Below are positions 1-10,401 of a stretch of 64,000 nt of DNA, piece after piece (the stretch's first letter is position 1; every line of letters begins with the position of its first letter). The notes beneath the pieces were generated by a model. That model saw only the letters and a list, made by a program, of their open reading frames with translations, had not been told where the DNA came from and ran no database searches. This stretch comes from Eledone cirrhosa (taxonomy: Eukaryota): assembly GCA_964016885.1 (NCBI GenBank), contig OZ024740.1, positions 34,782,001-34,846,000 of the forward strand. The letters run 5' to 3'. Both the position numbers and the translations under genes were made by a program.

Positions 1-730
1 GGACACATCGGCAAACTAAATAACACAATTCGTCTATGTTCTGAACCCACCCACGACGTTAGTTCCAACAACATAGGCTCGCTCAAATTCCCACATGGCA
101 TTGTCAGCCGCCAGCCCATTATTCTCTCATTATCTGTGACCATTCTCACGTCCACAAAAAGCTTTTCCTTAACACAGACGTCACATAAAGTTGGCCGAGA
201 TGTCGAGCCGTTATTTTCTGTCTTTACTGTCGTTGCTATCTGGGTTAACCATGACCTCTCTCATGACCAATGCGACTAGGCGATGTCAGAAGCTCAGCCA
301 GAGCAAGGTTGACTTACCTCTATCAAGATCGCATCACCCACTTTCGGCTTGCCTCACATCCAATCAGCGGCTCGTGGCTCAATTCGGTACCTTCCTTCAC
401 CAACTGGTTCCTTTCTTGATGAAGAGTGTACTCGCATAGAATTTGCACTGAGCCTGTCGGCGTCGGTCGCGGTTACAGTAGACGCCCAGACGAGATCATT
501 CTTTTTCTGCTTGAGCAGGGTAGGACAGACACAACGTGTTGTGACAATTTCTCCGGTGCCAAACTCATTGCATCCATCACAAACCAGGGCACTCGCAACG
601 TTCCAAACAGTTATTTTCCTCTGCCAAATCAAGATGATGGCATCATGCCTGAGGAAGGAGCCCCATGAGGATATCGCTGGCTGTTTTCCGAGGCAACGCC
701 TTCGCCATGTCGTTCGCGGACCGCAGCTAA
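1..730 (+). mobile_element. Degenerate 3' portion of a CRE-like non-LTR retrotransposon ORF (post-RT region plus restriction-like PD-(D/E)xK endonuclease); pseudogenised
   Basis: Hand translation across frames gives motifs in the expected order: SGSWLNSVPS (366-395, frame 3), SPTGSFLDEECTRIEFAL (397-450, frame 1), EPVGVGRGYSRRPDEIILF...GRTDTTCCDNF (450-551, frame 3; RPD at 483-491) and MRISLAVFRGNAFAMSFADRS-stop (665-730, frame 2). These match the remembered CRE C-terminal consensus SGAWL.ALPS..LG..LD....RIA.ALRL / EP.GL...DG.RPDG.T..P...G....WD.TC.DT / QRIS.A.QRGNA..IL. There are multiple frameshifts, stops and deletions. Similarity over 1-330 is weaker, and the element probably extends left of the window. 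No database search was run. Confidence 0.75.
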
Positions 731-840
731 GACATTGTCCTGCCAAACGTGTAGTGTTCGCCCTCTCTTCCAATTTCTTCCCTTTTTTACTCTTATATTT
801 TAGTTATATTTTTATAGAGATAAAAAATAGTAGTTTTGAA
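731..840 (+). other. Probable 3' UTR / AT-rich tail of the CRE-like element
   Basis: Follows the TAA at 728-730. Composition turns sharply T/A-rich from ~775 (ccttttttactcttatattttagttatatttttatagagataaaaaatag). Boundary is uncertain. Confidence 0.35.
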
Positions 841-877
841 ATGAAAAGGTTTCAACTAATCATCTAAACAGTGTATA

Positions 878-1080
878 TTCTAATTTAGGTACAAGGCAAG
901 CAAATTTTGAGGGAAGAGCATAGTTTATGAAATCTACTCCAGTACAATATGTTATCAACCCTGGAAGGAGGAAAGGCAAAGTTGACCTCAGTGGGATTTG
1001 AACACAGAGAGCAGAGTGCCAGAAGGAATACCATAAAACATTCTATCCAACGTTCTAACGACTCTGCCAATTCGCTGCCT
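878..1080 (-). mobile_element. tRNA-derived SINE (octopus/mollusc-type, conserved central domain), diverged copy
   Basis: The minus strand reads AGGCAGCGAATTGGCAGAGTCGTTAG...GTTCAAATCCCACTGAGGTCAACTTTGCCTTTCCTCCTTCCAGGGTTGATAA... It has a Pol III A-box-like TGGCAGAGTCGTTAG (1069-1055) and B-box GTTCAAATCCC (1003-993). These are followed by a GCCTTTC(A)TCCTT(T)C.GGG.T.GATAA motif remembered from the conserved central domain of metazoan SINEs and from a high-copy Octopus repeat. Confidence 0.75.
993..1069 (-). promoter_or_regulatory. Internal RNA polymerase III promoter (A box + B box) of the SINE
   Basis: A-box-like TGGCAGAGTCG at 1069-1059 and B-box GTTCAAATCC at 1003-994 on the minus strand, about 50 bp apart. 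Confidence 0.55.
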
Positions 1081-1113
1081 AAGAGAAGGAATAGTGATAT
1101 CAAAATTGCTGTG

Positions 1114-1166
1114 TTTTAGTAACCACGGAAGGATGAAAGACGAAGTAATGCTTCAAGTGATTTGAA
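1114..1166 (-). mobile_element. Second, more decayed fragment of the same SINE family (central domain to B box), truncated next to the satellite
   Basis: ttttagtaaccacggaaggatgaaagacgaagtaatgcttcaagtgatttgaa aligns by eye with 952-1002 (ttatcaaccctggaaggaggaaaggcaaagttgacctcagtgggatttgaa). Confidence 0.5.
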
Positions 1167-1174
1167 AATAAAAG

Positions 1175-1306
1175 GGTAGTGTCTGTCTGTCTGTCTCTGA
1201 TAAAGTACTGTGGTAGTGTCTGTCTCTCTCTCTCTCTCTCTAGATAAAGTACTGTGGTAGTGTCTGTCTGTCTCTCTCTCTCTCTCTAGATAAAGTACTG
1301 TGGTAG

Positions 1307-1342
<36 letters not shown>

Positions 1343-1360
1343 GATAAAGTACTGTGGTAG

Positions 1361-1412
<52 letters not shown>

Positions 1413-1430
1413 GATAAAGTACTGTGGTAG

Positions 1431-1479
<49 letters not shown>

Positions 1480-1494
1480 AAAGTACTGTGGTAG

Positions 1495-1532
<38 letters not shown>

Positions 1533-1594
1533 GATAAAGTACTGTGGTAGTGTCTGTCTGTCTCTCTCTCTCTCTAGATAAAGTACTGTGGTAG

Positions 1595-1650
<56 letters not shown>

Positions 1651-1718
1651 GATAAAGTACTGTGGTAGTGTCTGCCTGTCTCTCTCTATCTCTCTCTCTA
1701 GATAAAGTACTGTGGTAG

Positions 1719-1751
<33 letters not shown>

Positions 1752-1772
1752 AGATAAAGTACTGTGGTAGTG

Positions 1773-1818
<46 letters not shown>

Positions 1819-1886
1819 GATAAAGTACTGTGGTAGTGTCTGCCTGTCTCTCTCTCTCTCTCTCTCTAGATAAAGTACTGTGGTAG

Positions 1887-1921
<35 letters not shown>

Positions 1922-2322
1922 AGATAAAGTACTGTGGTAGTGTCTGCCTGTCTCTCTCTATCTCTCTCTCTAGATAAAGTACTGTGGTAGTGTCTGTCTC
2001 TCTCTCTCTCTCACTCTCTCTCTCTCTCTCTCTCTCTAGATAAAGTACTGTGGTAGTGTCTGTCTCTCTCTCTCTAGATAAAGTACTGTGGTAGTGTCTG
2101 TCTGTCTCTCTCTCTCTCTCTCTAGATAAAGTACTGTGGTAGTGTCTGTCTGTCTCTCTCTCTCTCTAGATAAAGTACTGTGGTAGTGTCTGTCTCTCTC
2201 TCTCTCTCTAGATAAAGTACTGTGGTAGTGTCTGTCTGTCTGTCTCTCTCTCTCTAGATAAAGTACTGTGGTAGTGTCTGTCTGTCTGTCTCTCTCTGTC
2301 TCTAGATAAAGTACTGTGGTAG

Positions 2323-2353
<31 letters not shown>

Positions 2354-2372
2354 AGATAAGGTACTGTGGTAG

Positions 2373-2403
<31 letters not shown>

Positions 2404-2606
2404 AGATAAAGTACTGTGGTAGTGTCTGCCTGTCTCTCTCTATCTCTCTCTCTAGATAAAGTACTGTGGTAGTGTCTGTCTGTCTCTCTCTCTATCTCTC
2501 TCTCTAGATAAAGTACCGTGGTAGTGTCTCTCTGTCTCTCTCTCTAGATAAAGTACTGTGGTAGTGTCTGTCTGTCTTTCTCTCTCTAGATAAAGTACTG
2601 TGGTAG

Positions 2607-2641
<35 letters not shown>

Positions 2642-2840
2642 AGATAAAGTACTGTGGTAGTGGCTGTCTGTCTCTCTCTCTCTCTAGATAAAGTACTGTG
2701 GTAGTGTCTGTCTCTCTCTCTCTCTCTAGATAAAGTACTGTGGTAGTGTCTGTCTGTCTGTCTCTCTCTCTCTAGATAAAGTACTGTGGTAGTGTCTGTC
2801 TGTCTGTCTCTCTCTGTCTCTAGATAAAGTACTGTGGTAG

Positions 2841-2871
<31 letters not shown>

Positions 2872-2890
2872 AGATAAGGTACTGTGGTAG

Positions 2891-2934
<44 letters not shown>

Positions 2935-3054
2935 GATAAAGTACTGTGGTAGTGTCTGCCTGTCTCTCTCTATCTCTCTCTCTAGATAAAGTACTGTGGT
3001 AGTGTCTGTCTGTCTCTCTCTCTATCTCTCTCTCTAGATAAAGTACTGTGGTAG

Positions 3055-3112
<58 letters not shown>

Positions 3113-3180
3113 GATAAAGTACTGTGGTAGTGTCTGCCTGTCTCTCTCTATCTCTCTCTCTAGATAAAGTACTGTGGTAG

Positions 3181-3215
<35 letters not shown>

Positions 3216-3284
3216 AGATAAAGTACTGTGGTAGTGTCTGCCTGTCTCTCTCTATCTCTCTCTCTAGATAAAGTACTGTGGTAG

Positions 3285-3332
<48 letters not shown>

Positions 3333-3350
3333 GATAAAGTACTGTGGTAG

Positions 3351-3385
<35 letters not shown>

Positions 3386-3526
3386 AGATAAAGTACTGTG
3401 GTAGTGTCTGTCTGTCTCTCTCTCTAGATAAAGTACTGTGGTAGTGTCTCTCTGTCTCTCTCTCTAGATAAAGTACTGTGGTAGTGTCTATCTGTCTTTC
3501 TCTCTCTAGATAAAGTACTGTGGTAG

Positions 3527-3557
<31 letters not shown>

Positions 3558-3664
3558 AGATAAAGTACTGTGGTAGTGTCTGTCTGTCTCTCTCTCTCTC
3601 TAGATAAAGTACTGTGGTAGTGTCTGTCAGTCTCTCTCTCTGTCTAGATAAAGTACTGTGGTAG

Positions 3665-3695
<31 letters not shown>

Positions 3696-3962
3696 AGATA
3701 AAGTACTGTGGTAGTGTCTGTCTGTCTGTCTCTCTCTCTCTAGATAAAGTACTGTGGTAGTGTCTGTCTGTCTGTCTCTCTCTCTCTCTAGATAAAGTAC
3801 TGTGGTAGTGTCTGTCTCTCTCTCTCTTTTTCTCTCTCTCTCTAGATAAAGTACTGTGGTAGTGTCTGTCTGTCGCTCTCTCTCTCTCTCTCTCTCTCTA
3901 GATAAAGTACTGTGGTAGTGTCTGTCTGTCTCTCTCTCTCTCTAGATAAAGTACTGTGGTAG

Positions 3963-3999
<37 letters not shown>

Positions 4000-4020
4000 A
4001 TAGATAAAGTACTGTGGTAG

Positions 4021-4057
<37 letters not shown>

Positions 4058-4120
4058 AGATAAAGTACTGTGGTAGTGTCTGTCTGTCTGTCTCTCTCCC
4101 TAGATAAAGTACTGTGGTAG

Positions 4121-4160
<40 letters not shown>

Positions 4161-4410
4161 GATAAAGTACTGTGGTAGTGTCTGTCTGTCTCTCTCTCTC
4201 TCTCTAGATAAAGTACTGTGGTAGTGTCTGTCTGTCTCTCTCTCTAGATAAAGTACTGTGGTAGTGTCTGTCTGTCTCTCTCTTTCTCTCTCTCTCTAGA
4301 TAAAGTACTGTGGTAGTGTCTGTCTGTCGCTCTCTCTCTCTCTCTCTAGATAAAGTACTGTGGTAGTGTCTGTCTGTCTCTCTCTCTCTCTAGATAAAGT
4401 ACTGTGGTAG

Positions 4411-4441
<31 letters not shown>

Positions 4442-4462
4442 TTAGATAAAGTACTGTGGTAG

Positions 4463-4499
<37 letters not shown>

Positions 4500-4654
4500 A
4501 GATAAAGTACTGTGGTAGTGTCTGTCTGTCTCTCTCTCTCTAGATAAAGTACTGTGGTAGTGTCTGTCTGTCTCTCTCTCTCTCTCTCTAGATAAAGTAC
4601 TGTGGTAGTGTCTGTCTGTCTCTCTCTCTCTCTCTAGATAAAGTACTGTGGTAG

Positions 4655-4687
<33 letters not shown>

Positions 4688-4796
4688 AGATAAAGTACTG
4701 TGGTAGTATCTGTCTGTCTGTCTCTCTCTCTCTCTAGATAAAGTACTGTGGTAGTGTCTGTCTGTCTCTCTCTCTCTAGATAAAGTACTGTGGTAG

Positions 4797-4829
<33 letters not shown>

Positions 4830-4890
4830 AGATAAAGTACTGTGGTAGTGTCTGTCTGTCTCTCTCTCTCTAGATAAAGTACTGTGGTAG

Positions 4891-4927
<37 letters not shown>

Positions 4928-5088
4928 AGATAAAGTACTGTGGTAGTGTCTGTCTGTCTCTCTCTCTCTCTAGATAAAGTACTGTGGTAGTGTGTGTCTG
5001 TCTGTCTCTCTCTCTCTAGATAAAGTACTGTGGTAGTGTCTGTCTGTCTCTCTCTCTCTCTCTAGATAAAGTACTGTGGTAGTGTCTG

Positions 5089-5119
<31 letters not shown>

Positions 5120-5232
5120 AGATAAAGTACTGTGGTAGTGTCTGTCTGTCTGTCTGTCTCTCTTACTCTAGATAAAGTACTGTGGTAGTGTCTGTCAGTC
5201 TCTCTCTCTGTCTAGATAAAGTACTGTGGTAG

Positions 5233-5302
<70 letters not shown>

Positions 5303-5372
5303 GATAAAGTACTGTGGTAGTGTCTGTCTGTCTCTGTCTCTCTCTCTCTCTCTAGATAAAGTACTGTGGTAG

Positions 5373-5403
<31 letters not shown>

Positions 5404-5422
5404 AGATAAAGTACTGTGGTAG

Positions 5423-5455
<33 letters not shown>

Positions 5456-5571
5456 AGATAAAGTACTGTGGTAGTGTCTGTCTGTCTGTCTCTCTCTGTC
5501 TCTAGATAAAGTACTGTGGTAGTCTCTGTCTGTCTCTCTCTCTCTCTCTCTCTAGATAAGGTACTGTGGTA

Positions 5572-5608
<37 letters not shown>

Positions 5609-5676
5609 GATAAAGTACTGTGGTAGTGTCTGCCTGTCTCTCTCTATCTCTCTCTCTAGATAAAGTACTGTGGTAG

Positions 5677-5728
<52 letters not shown>

Positions 5729-5796
5729 GATAAAGTACTGTGGTAGTGTCTGCCTGTCTCTCTCTATCTCTCTCTCTAGATAAAGTACTGTGGTAG

Positions 5797-5834
<38 letters not shown>

Positions 5835-5902
5835 GATAAAGTACTGTGGTAGTATCTGCCTGTCTCTCTCTATCTCTCTCTCTAGATAAAGTACTGTGGT
5901 AG

Positions 5903-5935
<33 letters not shown>

Positions 5936-5954
5936 AGATAAAGTACTGTGGTAG

Positions 5955-5985
<31 letters not shown>

Positions 5986-6172
5986 AGATAAAGTACTGTG
6001 GTAGTGTCTGTCTGTCTCTCTCTCTCTCTCTCTAGATAAAGTACTGTGGTAGTGTCTGTCTGTCTCTCTCTAGATAAAGTACTGTGGTAGTGTCTCTCTG
6101 TCTCTCTCTCTAGATAAAGTACTGTGGTAGTGTCTGTCTGTCTTTCTCTCTCTAGATAAAGTACTGTGGTAG

Positions 6173-6213
<41 letters not shown>

Positions 6214-6410
6214 AGATAAAGTACTGTGGTAGTGGCTGTCTGTCTCTCTCTCTCTCTAGATAAAGTACTGTGGTAGTGTCTGTCTCTCTCTCTCTCTCTA
6301 GATAAAGTACTGTGGTAGTGTCTGTCTGTCTGTCTCTCTCTCTAGATAAAGTACTGTGGTAGTGTCTGTCTGTCTGTCTCTCTCTGTCTCTAGATAAAGT
6401 ACTGTGGTAG

Positions 6411-6443
<33 letters not shown>

Positions 6444-6462
6444 AGATAAGGTACTGTGGTAG

Positions 6463-6512
<50 letters not shown>

Positions 6513-6632
6513 GATAAAGTACTGTGGTAGTGTCTGCCTGTCTCTCTCTATCTCTCTCTCTAGATAAAGTACTGTGGTAGTGTCTGTCTGTCTCTCTCTC
6601 TATCTCTCTCTCTAGATAAAGTACTGTGGTAG

Positions 6633-6705
<73 letters not shown>

Positions 6706-6884
6706 AGATAAAGTACTGTGGTAGTGTCTGCCTGTCTCTCTCTATCTCTCTCTCTAGATAAAGTACTGTGGTAGTGTCTGTCTGTCTCTCTCTCTCACTC
6801 TCTCTCTCTCTCTCTAGATAAAGTACTGTGGTAGTGTCTGCCTGTCTCTCTCTATCTCTCTCTCTAGATAAAGTACTGTGGTAG

Positions 6885-6921
<37 letters not shown>

Positions 6922-6940
6922 AGATAAAGTACTGTGGTAG

Positions 6941-6971
<31 letters not shown>

Positions 6972-6990
6972 AGATAAAGTACTGTGGTAG

Positions 6991-7025
<35 letters not shown>

Positions 7026-7166
7026 AGATAAAGTACTGTGGTAGTGTCTGTCTGTCTCTCTCTCTAGATAAAGTACTGTGGTAGTGTCTCTCTGTCTCTC
7101 TCTCTAGATAAAGTACTGTGGTAGTGTCTATCTGTCTTTCTCTCTCTAGATAAAGTACTGTGGTAG

Positions 7167-7218
<52 letters not shown>

Positions 7219-7827
7219 GATAAAGTACTGTGGTAGTGTCTGTCTGTCTCTCTCTCTCTCTAGATAAAGTACTGTGGTAGTGTCTGTCAGTCTCTCTCTC
7301 TGTCTAGATAAAGTACTGTGGTAGTGTCTGTCTGTCTCTCTCTCTCTCTCTCTAGATAAAGTACTGTGGTAGTGTCTGTCTGTCTGTCTCTCTCTCTCTA
7401 GATAAAGTACTGTGGTAGTGTCTGTCTGTCTGTCTCTCTCTCTCTAGATAAAGTACTGTGGTAGTGTCTGTCTCTCTCTCTCTCTTTCTCTCTCTCTCTA
7501 GATAAAGTACTGTGGTAGTGTCTGTCTGTCGCTCTCTCTCTCTCTCTCTCTCTCTAGATAAAGTACTGTGGTAGTGTCTGTCTGTCTCTCTCTCTCTCTA
7601 GATAAAGTACTGTGGTAGTGTCTGTCTGTCTCTTCTCTCTAGATAAGTACTGTGGTTGTCTTCTCTCTCTCTAGATAAAGTACTGTGGTAGTGTCTGTCT
7701 GTCTCTCTCTCTCTCTAGATAAAGTACTGTGGTAGTGTCTGTCTGTCTCTCTCTCTCTCTCTCTAGATAAAGTACTGTGGTAGTGTCTGTCTGTCTGTCT
7801 CTCTCTCTAGATAAAGTACTGTGGTAG

Positions 7828-7858
<31 letters not shown>

Positions 7859-7923
7859 AGATAAAGTACTGTGGTAGTGTCTGTCTGTCTCTCTCTCTCT
7901 CTCTAGATAAAGTACTGTGGTAG

Positions 7924-7954
<31 letters not shown>

Positions 7955-8162
7955 AGATAAAGTACTGTGGTAGTGTCTGTCTGTCTCTCTCTCTCTAGAT
8001 AAAGTACTGTGGTAGTGTCTGTCTGTCTCTCTCTTCTCTCTCTCTCTAGATAAAGTACTGTGGTAGTGTCTGTCTGTCGCTCTCTCTCTCTCTCTCTAGA
8101 TAAAGTACTGTGGTAGTGTCTGTCTGTCTCTCTCTCTCTCTCTAGATAAAGTACTGTGGTAG

Positions 8163-8193
<31 letters not shown>

Positions 8194-8212
8194 AGATAAA
8201 GTACTGTGGTAG

Positions 8213-8256
<44 letters not shown>

Positions 8257-8408
8257 GATAAAGTACTGTGGTAGTGTCTGTCTGTCTCTCTCACTCTAGA
8301 TAAAGTACTGTGGTAGTGTCTGTCTGTCTCTCTCTCTCTCTCTAGATAAAGTACTGTGGTAGTGTCTGTCTGTCTCTCTCTCTCTCTCTAGATATAGTAC
8401 TGTGGTAG

Positions 8409-8441
<33 letters not shown>

Positions 8442-8550
8442 AGATAAAGTACTGTGGTAGTATCTGTCTGTCTGTCTCTCTCTCTCTAGATAAAGTACTG
8501 TGGTAGTGTCTGTCTGTCTCTCTCTCTCTCTAGATAAAGTACTGTGGTAG

Positions 8551-8585
<35 letters not shown>

Positions 8586-8728
8586 ATAGATAAAGTACTG
8601 TGGTAGTGTCTGTCTGTCTCTCTCTCTAGATAAAGTACTGTGGTAGTGTCTCTCTGTCTCTCTCTCTAGATAAAGTACTGTGGTAGTGTCTGTCTGTCTC
8701 TCTCTCTCTAGATAAAGTACTGTGGTAG

Positions 8729-8761
<33 letters not shown>

Positions 8762-9064
8762 AGATAAAGTACTGTGGTAGTGTCTGTCTGTCTCTCTCTC
8801 TCTCTAGATAAAGTACTGTGGTAGTGTGTGTCTGTCTGTCTCTCTCTCTCTAGATAAAGTACTGTGGTAGTGTCTGTCTGTCTCTCTCTCTCTCTCTCTA
8901 GATAAAGTACTGTGGTAGTGTCTGTCTCTCTCTCTCTCTTTCTCTCTCTCTCTAGATAAAGTACTGTGGTAGTGTCTGTCTGTCTGTCTGTCTCTTCACT
9001 CTAGATAAAGTACTGTGGTAGTGTCTGTCAGTCTCTCTCTCTGTCTAGATAAAGTACTGTGGTA

Positions 9065-9112
<48 letters not shown>

Positions 9113-9179
9113 AGATAAAGTACTGTGGTAGTGTCTGTCTGTCTGTCTCTCTCTCTTTCTAGATAAAGTACTGTGGTAG

Positions 9180-9212
<33 letters not shown>

Positions 9213-9341
9213 TTAGATAAAGTACTGTGGTAGTGTCTGTCTGTCTCTCTCTCTCTCTCCTCTAGATAAAGTACTGTGGTAGTGTCTGTCTGTCTCTCTC
9301 TCTGTCCCTAGATAAAGTACTGTGGTAGTGTCTGTCTATCT
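1175..9341 (+). repeat. Compound satellite array, left contig: [TAGATAAAGTACTGTGGTAGTG (TCTG)1-4 (TC)n]n
   Basis: Directly visible head-to-tail monomers. The core is almost invariant here and (TC) tracts are long near the array edge. XbaI (TCTAGA) and ScaI (AGTACT) sites occur in nearly every monomer. Confidence 0.98.
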
Positions 9342-9541
9342 NNNNNNNNNNNNNNNNNNNNNNNNNNNNNNNNNNNNNNNNNNNNNNNNNNNNNNNNNNN
9401 NNNNNNNNNNNNNNNNNNNNNNNNNNNNNNNNNNNNNNNNNNNNNNNNNNNNNNNNNNNNNNNNNNNNNNNNNNNNNNNNNNNNNNNNNNNNNNNNNNNN
9501 NNNNNNNNNNNNNNNNNNNNNNNNNNNNNNNNNNNNNNNNN
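9342..9541. other. Assembly gap (200 N)
   Basis: Run of exactly 200 N, a round number typical of a scaffolding placeholder. True size unknown. Confidence 0.99.
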
Positions 9542-9633
9542 AGTGTCTGTCTGTCTCTCTCTCTCTAGATAAAGTACTGTGGTAGTGTCTGTCTGTCTGT
9601 TTCTCTCTCTCTCTAGATAAAGTACTGTGGTAG

Positions 9634-9668
<35 letters not shown>

Positions 9669-10368
9669 AGATAAAGTACTGTGGTAGTGTCTGTCTGTCT
9701 GTCTCTCTCTTTCTCTAGATAAATTACTGTCCTAGTGTCTGTCTGTCTCTCTCTCTGTAGATAAAGTACTGTGGTAGTGTCTGTCTGTCTCTCTCTCTCT
9801 CTAGATAAAGTACTGTGGTAGTGACTGTCTGTCTCTCTCTCTAGATAAAGTACTGTGGTAGTGTCTCTCAGTCTCTCTCTCTCTCTAGATAAAGTACTGT
9901 GGTAGTGTCTGTCTGTCTCTCTTTCTCTAGATAAAGTACTGTGGTAGTGTCTGTCTGTCTCTCTGTCACTCTCTCTAGATAAAGTACTGTGGTAGTGTGT
10001 GTCTGTCTCTCTCTCTCTCTAGATAAAGTACTGTGGTAGTGTCTGTCTGTCTGTCTCTCTCTCCAGATAAAGTAGTGTGGTAGTGTCTGTCTGTCTGTCT
10101 CTCTGTCTCTCTCTCTCTCTCTAGATAAAGTACTGTGGTCGTGTCTGTCTGTCTGTCACTCTCTCTCTCTCTCTCTAGATAAAGTACTGTGGTAGTGTCT
10201 GTCTGTTTGTCTCTCTCTCTCTCTAGATAAAGTACTGTGGTAGTGTCTGTCTGTCTCTCTCTCTAGATAAAGTACTGTGGTAGTATCTCTCTGTCTCTCT
10301 CTCTAGATAAAGTACTGTGGTAGTGTCTCTCTGACTCTCTCTAGATAAAGTACTGTGGTAGTGTCTGG

Positions 10369-10401
<33 letters not shown>

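Noticed and set aside
191-867. ORFs 191-439, 349-867, 426-668 (+) and 354-773 (-) as independent genes
   Set aside because: The plus-strand ORFs each hold only pieces of the frameshifted retrotransposon protein. The minus-strand ORF is its antisense shadow with no recognisable domain.
990-1080. tRNA gene
   Set aside because: A and B boxes are present, but I could not fold a cloverleaf and the sequence continues into SINE body. It is a tRNA-derived SINE head.
885-1103. 72-aa hydrophobic ORF (apparent signal peptide)
   Set aside because: Coincides with the SINE and is a spurious translation of a non-coding repeat.
1241-1262. RAG RSS heptamer (CACAGTA), CACTA terminus, or Helitron TC...CTAG ends in the core
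   Set aside because: Only 4-7 bp matches. There is no nonamer, no inverted partner, no sub-terminal hairpin and no transposase.
7620-7680. Cluster of aberrant monomers (agataagtac, tgtggttgtc, tcttct)
   Set aside because: Several small deletions within ~50 bp, not seen in the duplicate block. Most likely local consensus error in a low-coverage contig.
9322-9585. ORF spanning the N run
   Set aside because: Artefact of translating Ns.
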